In this document: one piece after another, positions 46,901 through 55,100 of the stretch | How positions within the stretch are numbered: the stretch's first letter is position 1 | Layout: each line of letters starts with the position of its first letter | IMG/VR virus record: IMGVR_UViG_3300020381_000001 | Length of the DNA: 64,000 nucleotides | Reading direction: 5' to 3' (one strand) | Source: an uncultured virus (IMG/VR IMGVR_UViG_3300020381_000001) | Taxonomy: Duplodnaviria > Heunggongvirae > Uroviricota > Caudoviricetes | Notes under the pieces: generated by a model | What the model was told of the DNA's origin: nothing | Databases searched by the model: none | Seen by the model: the letters and a program-made list of their open reading frames with translations, nothing else | Made by a program: the position numbers and the translations under genes

Positions 46901-47539
46901 ACTGTTGGTTCTGGTTATACAAACACAAATCCACCACAATGTATTATTGAAAAACCACCATTTAAATATGAAAATCTTACAACTCCAAGTGCTGGTAGTT
47001 TATCATTTCAAAATAATTCAGGGTCTATAACAGGTATTGGAACAACAATACTATCATCCAAATTAGCAATTAAATTTACTGTTAAACGTGACGGTTCATT
47101 ATCTGATTTCAATCCAATAGCAATTGGAAATCCAATTTATGTATTTGATACTCGTGTTGGTTCTGGAGTAATAGGAATAGACACTCATGGTAATAATAAT
47201 AACTCAGTTGGAATAGGAACCTCCTTTGCAGACAGTATTTACAGTGTAGCTGCTTTCCAAGATTCTGGAAGTGGTGTTGGAATAATTACTTGTCTTATCA
47301 AATCAGATACCAATGTATCAGGTATGATTTCAAGTGGGTCTATTGTTGGAAAATATTCTGTTGGTAAAATAAGTGGTTTTTCTAGAGGATCAAACGCAAT
47401 ATCAATAGGTGTGACTGGATTTACAGTGGATCTAGTCCAATCAATAGGAATATCAACATATCCAACTTTGAGAAGGACTGGTGGACCAAAAACATTCGAA
47501 CAAACTGGGTCTATAATTCCAGAAATAAGACCAACTTAA
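34955..47539 (+). CDS. gp7: Giant baseplate wedge initiator gp7-like protein (4194 aa)
   Basis: Lies between gp6 and gp8. Has LY.TKGT.ESF.ILF..LYG and DNDYYQN.SYSI.S......W...V..L.H.SG.K.F motifs. Confidence 0.8.
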   Translation: MIQTGIVSKVKIQDVISNQLPNFIRDESPLTVDFLKQYYTSQEYQGGPTDISDNLDQYLNIQNLTPEVIVDSAKLSVGIATTTTEIVVSSTKGFPNQYGLFKIDDEIITYTGITTNKFTGCIRGFSGITSYSSDSSNEDLLFSTSVSADHGISSNVQNLSSLFLKQFYKKFKKTFLPGLEETEFQTDLDVGTFIGEARSLYQTKGTEESFRILFNVLYGITPTILNLEDRLIKPSFANYVRRRVCVAELIEGDPIQLKGQSLLKGLTGQTLFRSDLDININASISEIEPFERIDSGLSGITTYYKIGLFVGYDESSDVAGDFVVVPNTKSIENVSVGSSVITVDSTIGFGVTGTVISGVNTITYTDKTINQFLNCTGVTSPISPIQDIRSNVTYFGFEDGDLDKKVVLRLTGVLSEFEQEGDVDVEEGEIISVKSIGDKVENPTTDKTYKQKFCNSWIYNTSVSYFIDRIESGTIYLSSKIDRSSLKLGDFVEIVDRDSNRVLFPPNSNISPAIVNQITEDDNSITLDQISFTFEEGASYKIRKKINKARSSGAPLEFGNDVITSDIQNVYIEDETSYVTSNSLPSFVNGTSEFSKEINANIKDISLNLSSSNGGSLSGDTTDQLDFTIINFANEVPFRTGDKVFYTYSNGDSLVGLNTGSYFVDVVGEKSISLYGSPSGIDDGKNITFSKSLNDGIHNFILFSQKSRVIGAQKLIKKFPLEQNISNGDNELTPVGQTGMLINGVEISNYKSNDKIFFGPLNKVQVLSGGDGFDIINLPNISISSGIGSTALVQPVVSGKVIDVFVDPQNFDIDNVISIGVTGGNGTGCVLEPVIGDRFREEFFDSRPTTSGGGINTTTVGSPDSRITFKNDHNFIQGEPIVYDSNFNKGIGVGIGTSVLVNQSVYYPKVINSITIELYETVSDLNAGIGTINFNGSNANGDHIFKVGPRKTILDVKVIDGGSGYTNRKLSVKPTGISTTSNLIKFVNHGFEDGDLVEYSGNISGLNTNNSYYVLFKDDNSFGLSDAGIGATVISNYERRKEVILSSQGSGFQEFKFSDIKVFAEFSTIGAGLTPSINFTPIVRGTIEQTYLYEEGTGYGSTVINNHKKPIITLKNGKNASFKPTVINGRISGIVTSFIGQEYFSTPDLDVIDPTGKGAGAKLRPIIVNNQITSVIIVNAGIGYSTDTSINVKSAGQNAFFDSEVRSLTVNKHSVLDNYQLLEDSENKLKYSFTGYDVTVFNENNTIPSSLIGWAYDGNPIYGPFAYENPEDNTSNSGTVKKLVSSYVEDITNVIDRPSGFTGGFFIEDYKFDSSVGDLDEHNGRFEKTQEFPNGVYVYHATVGNLNVPTFPYFLGNSYRSKSIEYNLENNLQTNFDFNSNNLIRNTFPYKVADDFANNDFIVETNEIQNQKIEITSVSSGSVTGVNVVSGGSDYKVNEFLNFNNDGSGGSGLISIISKVDGKSISTVTTEVGINTNAVITWSENKINFFTDINHNFKNNDEVKISGLSTDISQLNNSFTIGVSTFTSTTISTITGSPSAGFTTEIFVSNIPDSVSVGSSIGIGTETLKILNIYKDINVLTIQRDASSPYGTTHPSGTDVIYLPKSFSINKSLPYFESNLNEKVFFNPSQTVGLGTDDGSENTLSFFFGNQNIIRNVPVKQIYIENHPFKTNQRIKFTTPTGAGGENIPISKDNGISQFNLPETLYVVNKNINSIGIKTEINSSEIHFMSVPTIAEGLRDRYLFETVFSEVTSKVERIKTTINTIESHELENDDQISLTLQSNLSVGIGTSTSIKVSRDSLTGNILFDPINFNSSGINTLTNSINIANHGLKIGDKIKYNSNILPEGLDNKNYFVYKVDDDNIKLCETKLDVKKDIPNVTGIGSTGGTSQSISLINPRVEVVKNNNLIFDLSDSSLSGYNFKIYYDQEFRNDFISVGVSTIFSISTSGSNGSVGSALTIGYGSSIPNELFYNLEKSGAISTTDTDVKDYSKISFVDSLYNETFKINKIDNTSFSVFLKDIPEKLSYNSTDCDVLKYNTSSKTAKGPINTINIISGGSNYKKIPNFIGVGGSSLGKDSIIIPLSNTIGNIEQVRIINEGFEYSSDKTLEPESLIADTVSIVNTNTLGIVSVTKGGSNFIETPNIIVVDTDTGKEIDSGFLELSMLENSISSVNIIERPVGLPSKTITLRTTNNNNGIVITDVISNGTGIFTCRIATPNPVFPINPFASGDKVFIEGIEKVSVGGSGFNSSDYGFNLLNVSGYDPNVSAQGQVTIDVSTLTSNTGIAKTVVETFANVINESDYPTFFITQNQSLFDDGEKLIINGSKTDSEVVKNDTGTLKIFGTKKLKIGDILIGQNSGSQAEISNIKKNKGRLKTDFSILKNLDWNTDIGKLSEDFQVMPDNDYYQNMSYSIQSPIEWKNLRTTVNNLLHTSGMKNFADTGITSTTNAGIGSTSSVNIIVDLFDEKRVDEIKNIDLARDVDIVGEASRFIKFKELRLSDFVDCKTNDVLVIDNISDEFSNLQGTPDSFLDLFEFSNSTISELFNDLTIVTKSVSKINKIQISNLLLLSNGDKNILVQKSNLINSGNGVNTIDDNFVDFILNEDESTSSSKNTLRFIPKTSPIPENEVDYDLKIFSSQFNTSSTGVGTTTIGPINLNSFVQSCPAGITTNIISVPVNEFESLYATIHVIDDVTKEMNLVESFVSHAGTDTFFTEAYFNTQRNELSTNKLGIVTSNISGNNLILSYQNDESNTLKLKTKVIGIGTTGVSAETYRFKSIDQTDGSERTSLYTGISSSNVGVSTLLNLNSALFNSVKSVVEVSIGSSKAIHEVLFLHDGTDAYAQQSGSLSVTKDYISEYDPSSGLGTFGATLSGSNFKLEFHPDNSTGISTVVSLNHCFYTKMDTDNTPEDHTYGVITESNSVKLYNSISGNRIEKTQFTPKVNSIPIFGKVFNPNSVGLNSVTGQFSINNHFFRENEELIYKPNSSIVGLGSTPMQFEIKSGGISTISQLPTTVFARDVTTNSFFISTTRSGAAVSFSSLGEGNIHEFSMAKADEKLLISLDEVGQYPLIRSDVTHTLSHNLSGSVGTTTSIIHLSGISTLTSSDILKIDDEFVEITNVGFATTGGGPVGSSGTFNTVEVTRSFVGSSAATHSDGTTVTVFRGSYNVTGRDLFFTKPPRGDLSNSKTINDLNPPKTKFSGRVYLRNNYDTNAIFDDVSDQFTGIKSDFTLKVGGANTIGIGTTGGSGILFVNGVFQSPSTQFNPNKNFKIIESGSGATGVTTVVFTGITSSDGSIFTSNNINTNELPRGGVPVSIGNTINGLGYAPLVGSRVKALTSAGGTITSIVGTSYSGGNLGVQTATYDNVTGIMTIRTVNEHKFINSNDFAILQGFVFSPSLTLRSYEYEVVSIASTNVFGVRVGTQPTSFNYQGSGNVYPFFTNLSFGSGYNDVVSIGVTVIDVGYDHRFVSANTNAISGNLTPIDASYNPVTGVLKLTVPNHGLTNSSNVTIETGSISFSCSKDNFQTVHPYPRSTDPVAGISTAVTKLSDDIFSVNVGVNVGSGATITASVGAGGTLAYTLVGGGKSYKDPKIIVSQPSYSNLSVTGVSRLGFGATTDTGTNLKINAIPKASVGIGSTLFEISEYEIVNRGFGFKKGDVVEAVGLVTAKGVGQLVERSTLSIDKVYNDSFALWQFGDFDYIDSIKSLQNGSETNFSLVLNNQLVSFELNPNSISNSVKLENLFLIIVNGVVQDPQTSYTIVGGNIISFSEPPIPEDDISILFYKGTTNDDSIVNLAQKTTVEVGDEVQLSQGNGIKAQDPRTVFNLNTSQKLETNAYRGVGISSSVDRSINLIKQKEDKIINKTIVSKKRQSIEPRITPTAKIISDITTTDSVLFVDSMDLFDYETGTTSLGLSINSEEPIVGAAVTAIINNSGQVSAITIINGGSGYVQGSNPVIKFTAPSGIGFTAVGGTLVGASGTIGFASITTVGSGYTNTNPPQCIIEKPPFKYENLTTPSAGSLSFQNNSGSITGIGTTILSSKLAIKFTVKRDGSLSDFNPIAIGNPIYVFDTRVGSGVIGIDTHGNNNNSVGIGTSFADSIYSVAAFQDSGSGVGIITCLIKSDTNVSGMISSGSIVGKYSVGKISGFSRGSNAISIGVTGFTVDLVQSIGISTYPTLRRTGGPKTFEQTGSIIPEIRPT

Positions 47540-47572
47540 ATATGTTGTATAAATATCTAAAAAACTATTAAT

Positions 47573-49162
47573 ATGCCAGCTGTAGTAACAGATCAGTTTA
47601 GAATAGTAAACGCAAGTAATTTTGTAGATTCTGTATTAGATTCTAATAATTCTTATTATGTATTTTTAGGATTACCTAATCCAGCTATAGCTGGTTTTGG
47701 TAGAACTACCACTTGGAATGATTCAAGTGGAACTCCAGATCCAATAGATAATCAAAAATATTTGACACATTACAGAAATACTTCTTTATTTGGAAAAAAA
47801 ATTAACACCTCAAACATTAGGAGAGTTGTTAAAAAACATTCATGGACTGCAAATACAAGATACGATATGTATCGTCATGATTATAGTGTAAATAATCTAA
47901 CACCCAATTCCAAAACTGGAAGTTTATATCGAAGTAATTATTATGTTATAACTTCAGAGTTTAAAGTTTATATTTGTTTAGATAATGGAGGTTCAGGAAC
48001 TCCTGATAGCACTGATTCTATTGGTGAACAGAGTAAAGATGAACCAACATTTACTGATTTGGAACCAGCAGCAGCAGGTGTTCAGGATAACTATACATGG
48101 AAATACTTATTTACAGTTTCACCAAGTGATGTTGTAAAATTTGATTCAACCGAATATATAGTTTTACCAAATGATTGGTCAACATCGACTGATGCTCAGA
48201 TACAGGCAGTAAGAGAGGCAGGAGATTCTGATATTAATAAAAACCAAATTAAAAAAGTTTTTATTAAAAATGGTGGATCTGGATATGATGGAAATCAGAC
48301 TGGATCACGAACTGTTGACATTATAGGTGATGGTGTAGGTGCAAAAGCTTTGGTTAGTTATACTTCAGGTGTAATAACTGATGTAATTGTAACTGCAGGA
48401 GGTTCTGGATACACTTTTGCGATGGTTGATTTAAGTAATTTAGCATTTAATACTTCTGGAACTCGTGCTAATTTAATACCAATTATACCACCATCAAAGG
48501 GTCATGGATTTAACATCTATGATGAACTTGGTGCTGATAAAGTTTTAGTTTATTCTAGGTTTGATGATTCTACAAAAGATTTTCCTACTGATACACATTT
48601 TGCACAGGTAGGGATAATTAAGAATCCAAGTAAATATGATGTTGTAGGAATATCCACAGGATCTCAATTTTCTTCTTTATCATCCATTAGATTATCCTCT
48701 GGTATAACTGGAGTTACTGATTACAGTACATTGATTGGTGTAGGAATAACACAATCTGTTACTGATGGTGTGGCAAGAGGAACTGTTGCTTCTTATGATC
48801 AAGATACTTTTGTTTTAAAATACATTCAAGACAGAAGTTTGAATCTAAATCAAACATCATATGATACTACTGATTATGCAAATATGAATTCTAGAGCAAA
48901 ACTTTTACCTTTTGAATCATCTAGTGAAAGTGTAATTGGATCTGGAGCATTATCATTTACAAAAAATATTAATACAAATTTTTCTGGTATAACAACAGTA
49001 GTTGGTAATAAACAGATCAATTTGGGTGTTGAGTTTACAAATGGACTTGCTAATCCTGAAATAAATAAAAAGACTGGAGATGTTATTTACATCGACAATC
49101 GAAAAGAAGTTGAAAGAAACATTAGGCAAAAAGAAGACGTTAAAATTATTCTAGAATTCTAA
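47573..49162 (+). CDS. gp8: Baseplate wedge subunit gp8
   Basis: YDMYRHDYS, VYICL.N, Y.WKYLF, and C-terminal G.VIYIDNR...R...QKEDVKIILEF. Confidence 0.92.
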   Translation: MPAVVTDQFRIVNASNFVDSVLDSNNSYYVFLGLPNPAIAGFGRTTTWNDSSGTPDPIDNQKYLTHYRNTSLFGKKINTSNIRRVVKKHSWTANTRYDMYRHDYSVNNLTPNSKTGSLYRSNYYVITSEFKVYICLDNGGSGTPDSTDSIGEQSKDEPTFTDLEPAAAGVQDNYTWKYLFTVSPSDVVKFDSTEYIVLPNDWSTSTDAQIQAVREAGDSDINKNQIKKVFIKNGGSGYDGNQTGSRTVDIIGDGVGAKALVSYTSGVITDVIVTAGGSGYTFAMVDLSNLAFNTSGTRANLIPIIPPSKGHGFNIYDELGADKVLVYSRFDDSTKDFPTDTHFAQVGIIKNPSKYDVVGISTGSQFSSLSSIRLSSGITGVTDYSTLIGVGITQSVTDGVARGTVASYDQDTFVLKYIQDRSLNLNQTSYDTTDYANMNSRAKLLPFESSSESVIGSGALSFTKNINTNFSGITTVVGNKQINLGVEFTNGLANPEINKKTGDVIYIDNRKEVERNIRQKEDVKIILEF

Positions 49163-49166
49163 ACAA

Positions 49167-52100
49167 ATGGCACAAAAAATCAATTTAAATGCAAGTCCAT
49201 ACTATGATGATTTCGATAGTGAAAAGAACTTTCATAAGGTTTTATATAAACCTGGTTTTCCAGTGCAAGCTAGAGAATTAACGCAGCAACAATCAATATT
49301 ACAAAATCAAGTAGAAAAGTTTGGTGATCACGTTTTTAAAGATGGTTCAGTAGTAATACCTGGTGCAGTTGGATTTAATATTCAAAATAATGCAGTAAAA
49401 TTAAATAATACTAATTTCAATACTGATATATCTGTTTATATCAAAAATTTTATAGGAAAAAGAATAAAAGGATCTGAGTCTGGGATTGAGGCAGTTGTAA
49501 AATCAGTCTCCCTCCCCGATGGAGGTCAAGTAAGTGATATTACTTTATATGTAAATTATTTGAGTGCTGGTAGTGATTCACAATTCAGTTCATTTACTGA
49601 TGGTGAGTCATTAAGTTCAAATGAAAATATAGTATATGGAAATACAACAATAACTGCCAACACTCCTTTTGCATCTTTGATTTCTGTAGATGCAACTGCA
49701 GTAGGTTCTGCTGCTTTTATTTCTAAAGGTGTATACTTTATAAGAGGATTTTTTGTAAACGTATCAGATCAATCAATTATATTAGACCATTATACAAACA
49801 CCCCATCATACCGAATAGGACTACAAATTGAAGAACTAATTGTCAATGCTAAAGAAGATAATAGTTTGTTTGATAATGCTAAAGGATTTAGTAACTTTGC
49901 AGCACCTGGTGCAGATAGATTAAAAATAAAACTTATCCTAACTAAAAAAGCATTAACAGATAAAAATGATACTGATTTTATTGAGGTATTGAGACTTGAT
50001 GAAGGAAAACTCAAGATAATAGAGACAAAGAGTGACTATAATAAAATTCGTGACTGGATCGCAGGAAGAACTTATGATGAATCTGGTGATTATAGTGTAG
50101 AACCATTCAACATGGGTTTATTCAATTCATTAAATGATAAATTAGGAAATAATGGTTTATTTTTTGAAGATGAAAAAACTGAACAAGAAAACACACCATC
50201 AGATGATTTGATGTGTTTAAAAGTATCTGCAGGTGAAGTTTATGTAAGAGGATACGATATTGAAAAAACAGGAACTACAATTATTGATGTTGATAAACCA
50301 AGAGATGTTGGAATCAGAAGTGATATAGGTGTCGGTTTTGAAATGGGTAATATATTAAAATTGAATAACGTTACAAAAGGTACTGCTGTTCAGGGAAGTA
50401 TTGTAAAATTATTTGATAATTTTAATTCTACAGGAACTAATATAGGAAGTGCAAGAGTTTATTCATTTAATTTGGAGGACTCTGCATATGAAGATGTAAC
50501 TACAAAATGGGAGTTAAGATTATTTGATGCTCAAACAAATACCGATTTGGTCTTAAATCAATCAGTAAGTAATACAGAATTACCAGAAGGATCATTTATT
50601 AAAGGTAAAAATAGTGGTGCTAGTGGATTTGCTGTAGGAGCTGGAGGTGGATCAACAGTTGTTTCGTTGAATGAAACTTCAGGATCATTTAATGTCGGTG
50701 AACAGATACAAATTAATGGTGTTGATTTTCCTAGAACAATAGGTATAAAAACAGAATATGCAGCACAAAACATAAGATCTATAGGAGATGGTAATAATTT
50801 AAAAGGTGATGTGGTTATTGAAAAATTTAATTTACCAAATGCCATAACTGAAGTATCTGTAACTGCTGGTATTGCAACTGCATCATTAAGTCAAGGATTC
50901 AAAGGTCTTAGAAAAGGATCTCTAGTTGTATATCGAAAAGCAGGATCCACATTAGATACATTTAATACAGTCTCATCTATAAATGCAAATGGAACAATCA
51001 CACTTGCTTTAATACCTGATTCTGTTGCTGGAGTATATGATGGATCTCTTACATCTGGAACAGAAGTAGTTAACATGTTTCTTGGTGCTCCAGTTATCAG
51101 AGGCACAGGAGCTTTGTACGTACCTTTAAATCCTAATATTGCTGATGTTGATCTCACAGAATCAAAAATAAAAATTACAAAACAAATATCTAAAAACGCA
51201 AGTTCAAATCAATTAACAATAAACACTAGTGATATTACAGATGTTTCAGATGTAATATTTGATACTTTTGATCAAGAAAGATATACCATGTCTACTGCCA
51301 GTAATGGTAGTCCCTTGGCAATTACAAATGACACTTTTTCATATGGCACTGATGGTGCTTCTGTTACATTTACAAATATTGCTGCGAATGATAGTAAAAC
51401 GGTAAATGTATCTTTAATTAAAAATAAAGTAAAATCCAAGATAAAACAATATAACAGAAGTCAAACATTAAATGTAACTAGATCAAAAAATGCAGAATCT
51501 GGAAGTGTTGCAGGTGGGAATGGTGGTTCAATTGCAGACGGTCTCACTTTTGATGCTAGATATGGATTGAGAGTTCAAGACGAAGAAATATCTTTAAATT
51601 ATCCAGATGTTGCTAAGTTTTTAGCAGTTTATGAATCAACGAATGCATCTGCACCAGTATTAGATAAGTTAACATTTACAAGCACCGTTGCTGTACAAGA
51701 CAATGCTATTATTGGTGAAAATATAATTAGTCAAGATAGTAATATAATTGCAAGAGTTGTATCATCACCATCAGCAAATACATTAGAAATAGTTTATCTT
51801 ACATCAGGAAAATTTCAGACAGGTGAATTAGTTCATTTTGAAGAATCAGACATAAACACAAATATTGAATCAATCACAATTGGAAAATATAAAAATGTAA
51901 CAAATTCATTCACCTTAGATAAAGGTCAGAAAGATGAATTCTATGATTATTCTAGATTAATTCGTAATCGAAATGTTTCTGAACCAAGTGCCCAATTATT
52001 GGTTGTATTTGATTATTATTCTGTTTCCTCCGATGATGGAGATGTATTTACGGTAAGAAGTTATGATGAAGAGAGATTTTCAAAAGACATACCTGATATT

Positions 52101-55100
52101 GGTGAATTCAATATAAGAGCTACTGATACACTTGATTTTAGACCAAGAGTTTCTGTATATAATCCTGCAACAGATACAGGATCACCATTTGAATTCTCCA
52201 CAAGAGATTTTAGTGGAACTTCAATATTACATTATTTTACACCAAATGAATCTTCAACTGCTAGTTATAGTTTTTATCTAGGTAGACAAGATACAGTTTA
52301 CATGAATAAATTTGGTGAATTTGTCTATGAAAAAGGTGTTTCATCTCTTGATCCAAAACCACCAACCATGGTTGGAGAGTTGATGGAACTTGCAAAAATT
52401 TCATTACCACCTTACTTATATAATCCTCAAGATGCAACTTTAACTCTTATCGATAATCGAAGATTCACTATGAGAGATATTGGTAATATTGAAGATAGAG
52501 TAACAAATTTAGAAGAAACTACAACATTATCTCTTTTAGAAGTTAGTGCTCAAACATTACAAATACAAGATGAAGAAGGTAAAAATAGATTTAAAAGTGG
52601 TTTGTTTGCAGATCCTTTTAAAAATTATAATTTCATTAGTGAGGATTCATTAATACAAATAAATCCTGAATCAGAAGAATTAATACCATTTAGAACAAGG
52701 GATACACTTGCCTCTCAAATTAAACCTGCAGAAATTACAATAAGTTCACAGTTAGATTTCAATACAGATTTTCCTTTATTTGATACCAACGTGAAAAAAA
52801 CAGGAAATGTTGTAACATTAAATTATGAAGAAGTTGAGTGGATTACACAACCATATGCAACAATAAGTGGAGATACAAATGATATCATAAATGTAAATCC
52901 TTATGAGCTACCTATATTTGAGGGTGAAGTAGAATTAGATCCTGCATTTGATAGATGGACTCGATCTACACAACTTGCAGATCACAATATACAACAAACG
53001 GGAACTACTAGAAACGAAATTATAAATCTGGGAGAAGTACGACGACAGTTCTTAATGGGTGGTGGTATTCGAAGAGATTTAAGTCGATTTGGTTTAGGGA
53101 CAAATGAAAGAGTACAATTGGGTCAAACAATTGTAAGGTCTAATACAACAGTTACTAGGCAAAATAATTTAACTTCAACATCTAATGATGATTTTGTTAG
53201 ATCAAGAAATATTCAATTTATATCTGAAGGATTCGTTGATTTTGTTGAAACATATGTGTTCTTTGATGGACAAAAAATATTTGATGTAATTCCAAAATTA
53301 CTTGAAATAACACCAACTAAGAATGGATCTGTATCTGGATCAAATGGTGTCTATAAGATTGGAGAGGAAGTTCATGCTCTCAATGAAGAGGGTAATGTAA
53401 TTATGAAATTTAGATTATGTCAACCAGATCATAAATCTGGAAAATATAATAATCCATCAGAAACATATTTTAATAATCCTTATACTTCAGGTATAACAGA
53501 AATATCTTCTAATTATAGTCAATCATCAACAGTTTTAAATGTTGATACAAAATCACTAGCTGAGGAAGCACAAGGTAAATATTTTGGTTATGTTACAAAA
53601 AATGCACAACTAGTTGGTCAAGAAAGTGGTGCTACTTCATACGTGAAAGATATAAGATTAATCACCGATGCTTATGGTGATGTGCTTGGTTCATGTTTCA
53701 TTCGTAATCCACATACACAACCAGCACCACCAGTTAAAATACAAACAGGTGTAAAAGAATTTAAAGTCACAACAAGTCCTACAAATGAAAATGTAGAACC
53801 AACACAAAAATTTGGAGTCATAACTGCAGAGGAACAATATGATTCTAGAGGAACAGTCGAAGAATGGCAGACTACAGTTACAACAACAACCAACACTACA
53901 AATTTCCTTATTAGAGGCACTATACGAAGACGTAGAAGAAATGTTGATCCTCTTGCACAAACATTTATAGTTGGTGGGAATGTTAATGCTCCAAGTGCTC
54001 AAGATGCTAATAAAGATAAAAATGGTGCTTTTATAACTGCGGTTGAAGTTTATTTTGCAACAGTAGATACTGTGACAAATTCTCCAATAAGATGTGAAAT
54101 AAGAACAACTATTGCAGATGCAAGACCATCAATGGAAGTTATTGGAAGAAGCAGGACTCTTAAACCCAAGGGTACTGATGCTAATGGAAATGAAGTTACA
54201 CTCATTGAAGCTGATCCAAATGAGGCAAGTAAAGCAACCAAATTTACTTTCCCTGAACCAATTTATCTGGAACCAGGTACATCTTATTCTTTTGTCTTAC
54301 TTGCACCACGAAGTGTTGCATACAATGTCTGGACAGGAAGACATGGTGGTACTGCCGTAAATCCATCAACAATTACAGGAGCAAATCCTGGTTCATCTAT
54401 AATATATTCAACTCAGTATGGTGCTGGTTCAATATTTAAATCACAAAATGGTGCTCTTTGGACTGAAGATCAGCATCAAGATATGACCTTTAAATTATAT
54501 AAAGCCAAATTCACATCACAATCAGGTTCAGCATTCTTTAATAATCCAGATTTGGATGAAAGTAATGGTTATGAAACTTCAATGATAGATAATCCTTTAT
54601 TTACTCTATCAAAAACAGGATCAATAGGTATAACCACAAACTTAGGAATGGGATCATTCCTTACACCAGGTCGAAAAATTTGTGGAGGTCAAAATACAAG
54701 TACTGCTGTAATCACAGGTGTTGGTTGTTCTGTATCAACCTTAACTGCACTTCCGAATATTGGAGGATCAAATTACACAACTGACTCTGATGTTGAAACA
54801 TTTGCAATAACTGGTAAAGGTTCTGGTTTAAAAATAGATATTGATACTATTGATAGTAATGGTGCCATAACAGCTGTTAATACAACTCCAGTTGTAAGAG
54901 GAACTGGATATCAAGTTGGGGATGTAGTTGGTATTGTAACTTCAACCGTAGGAACAAAAGGAGGACAGGGTGAGGGTGCTCAGATAACAATTGGAAGTAT
55001 TGATGGTATTGATACATTATTCCTAACAAATATACAGGCTGATAATGGTTCAAACGGATTCCAAGATGGAACTCAAATTAAATATTTTAATGATGCTGGA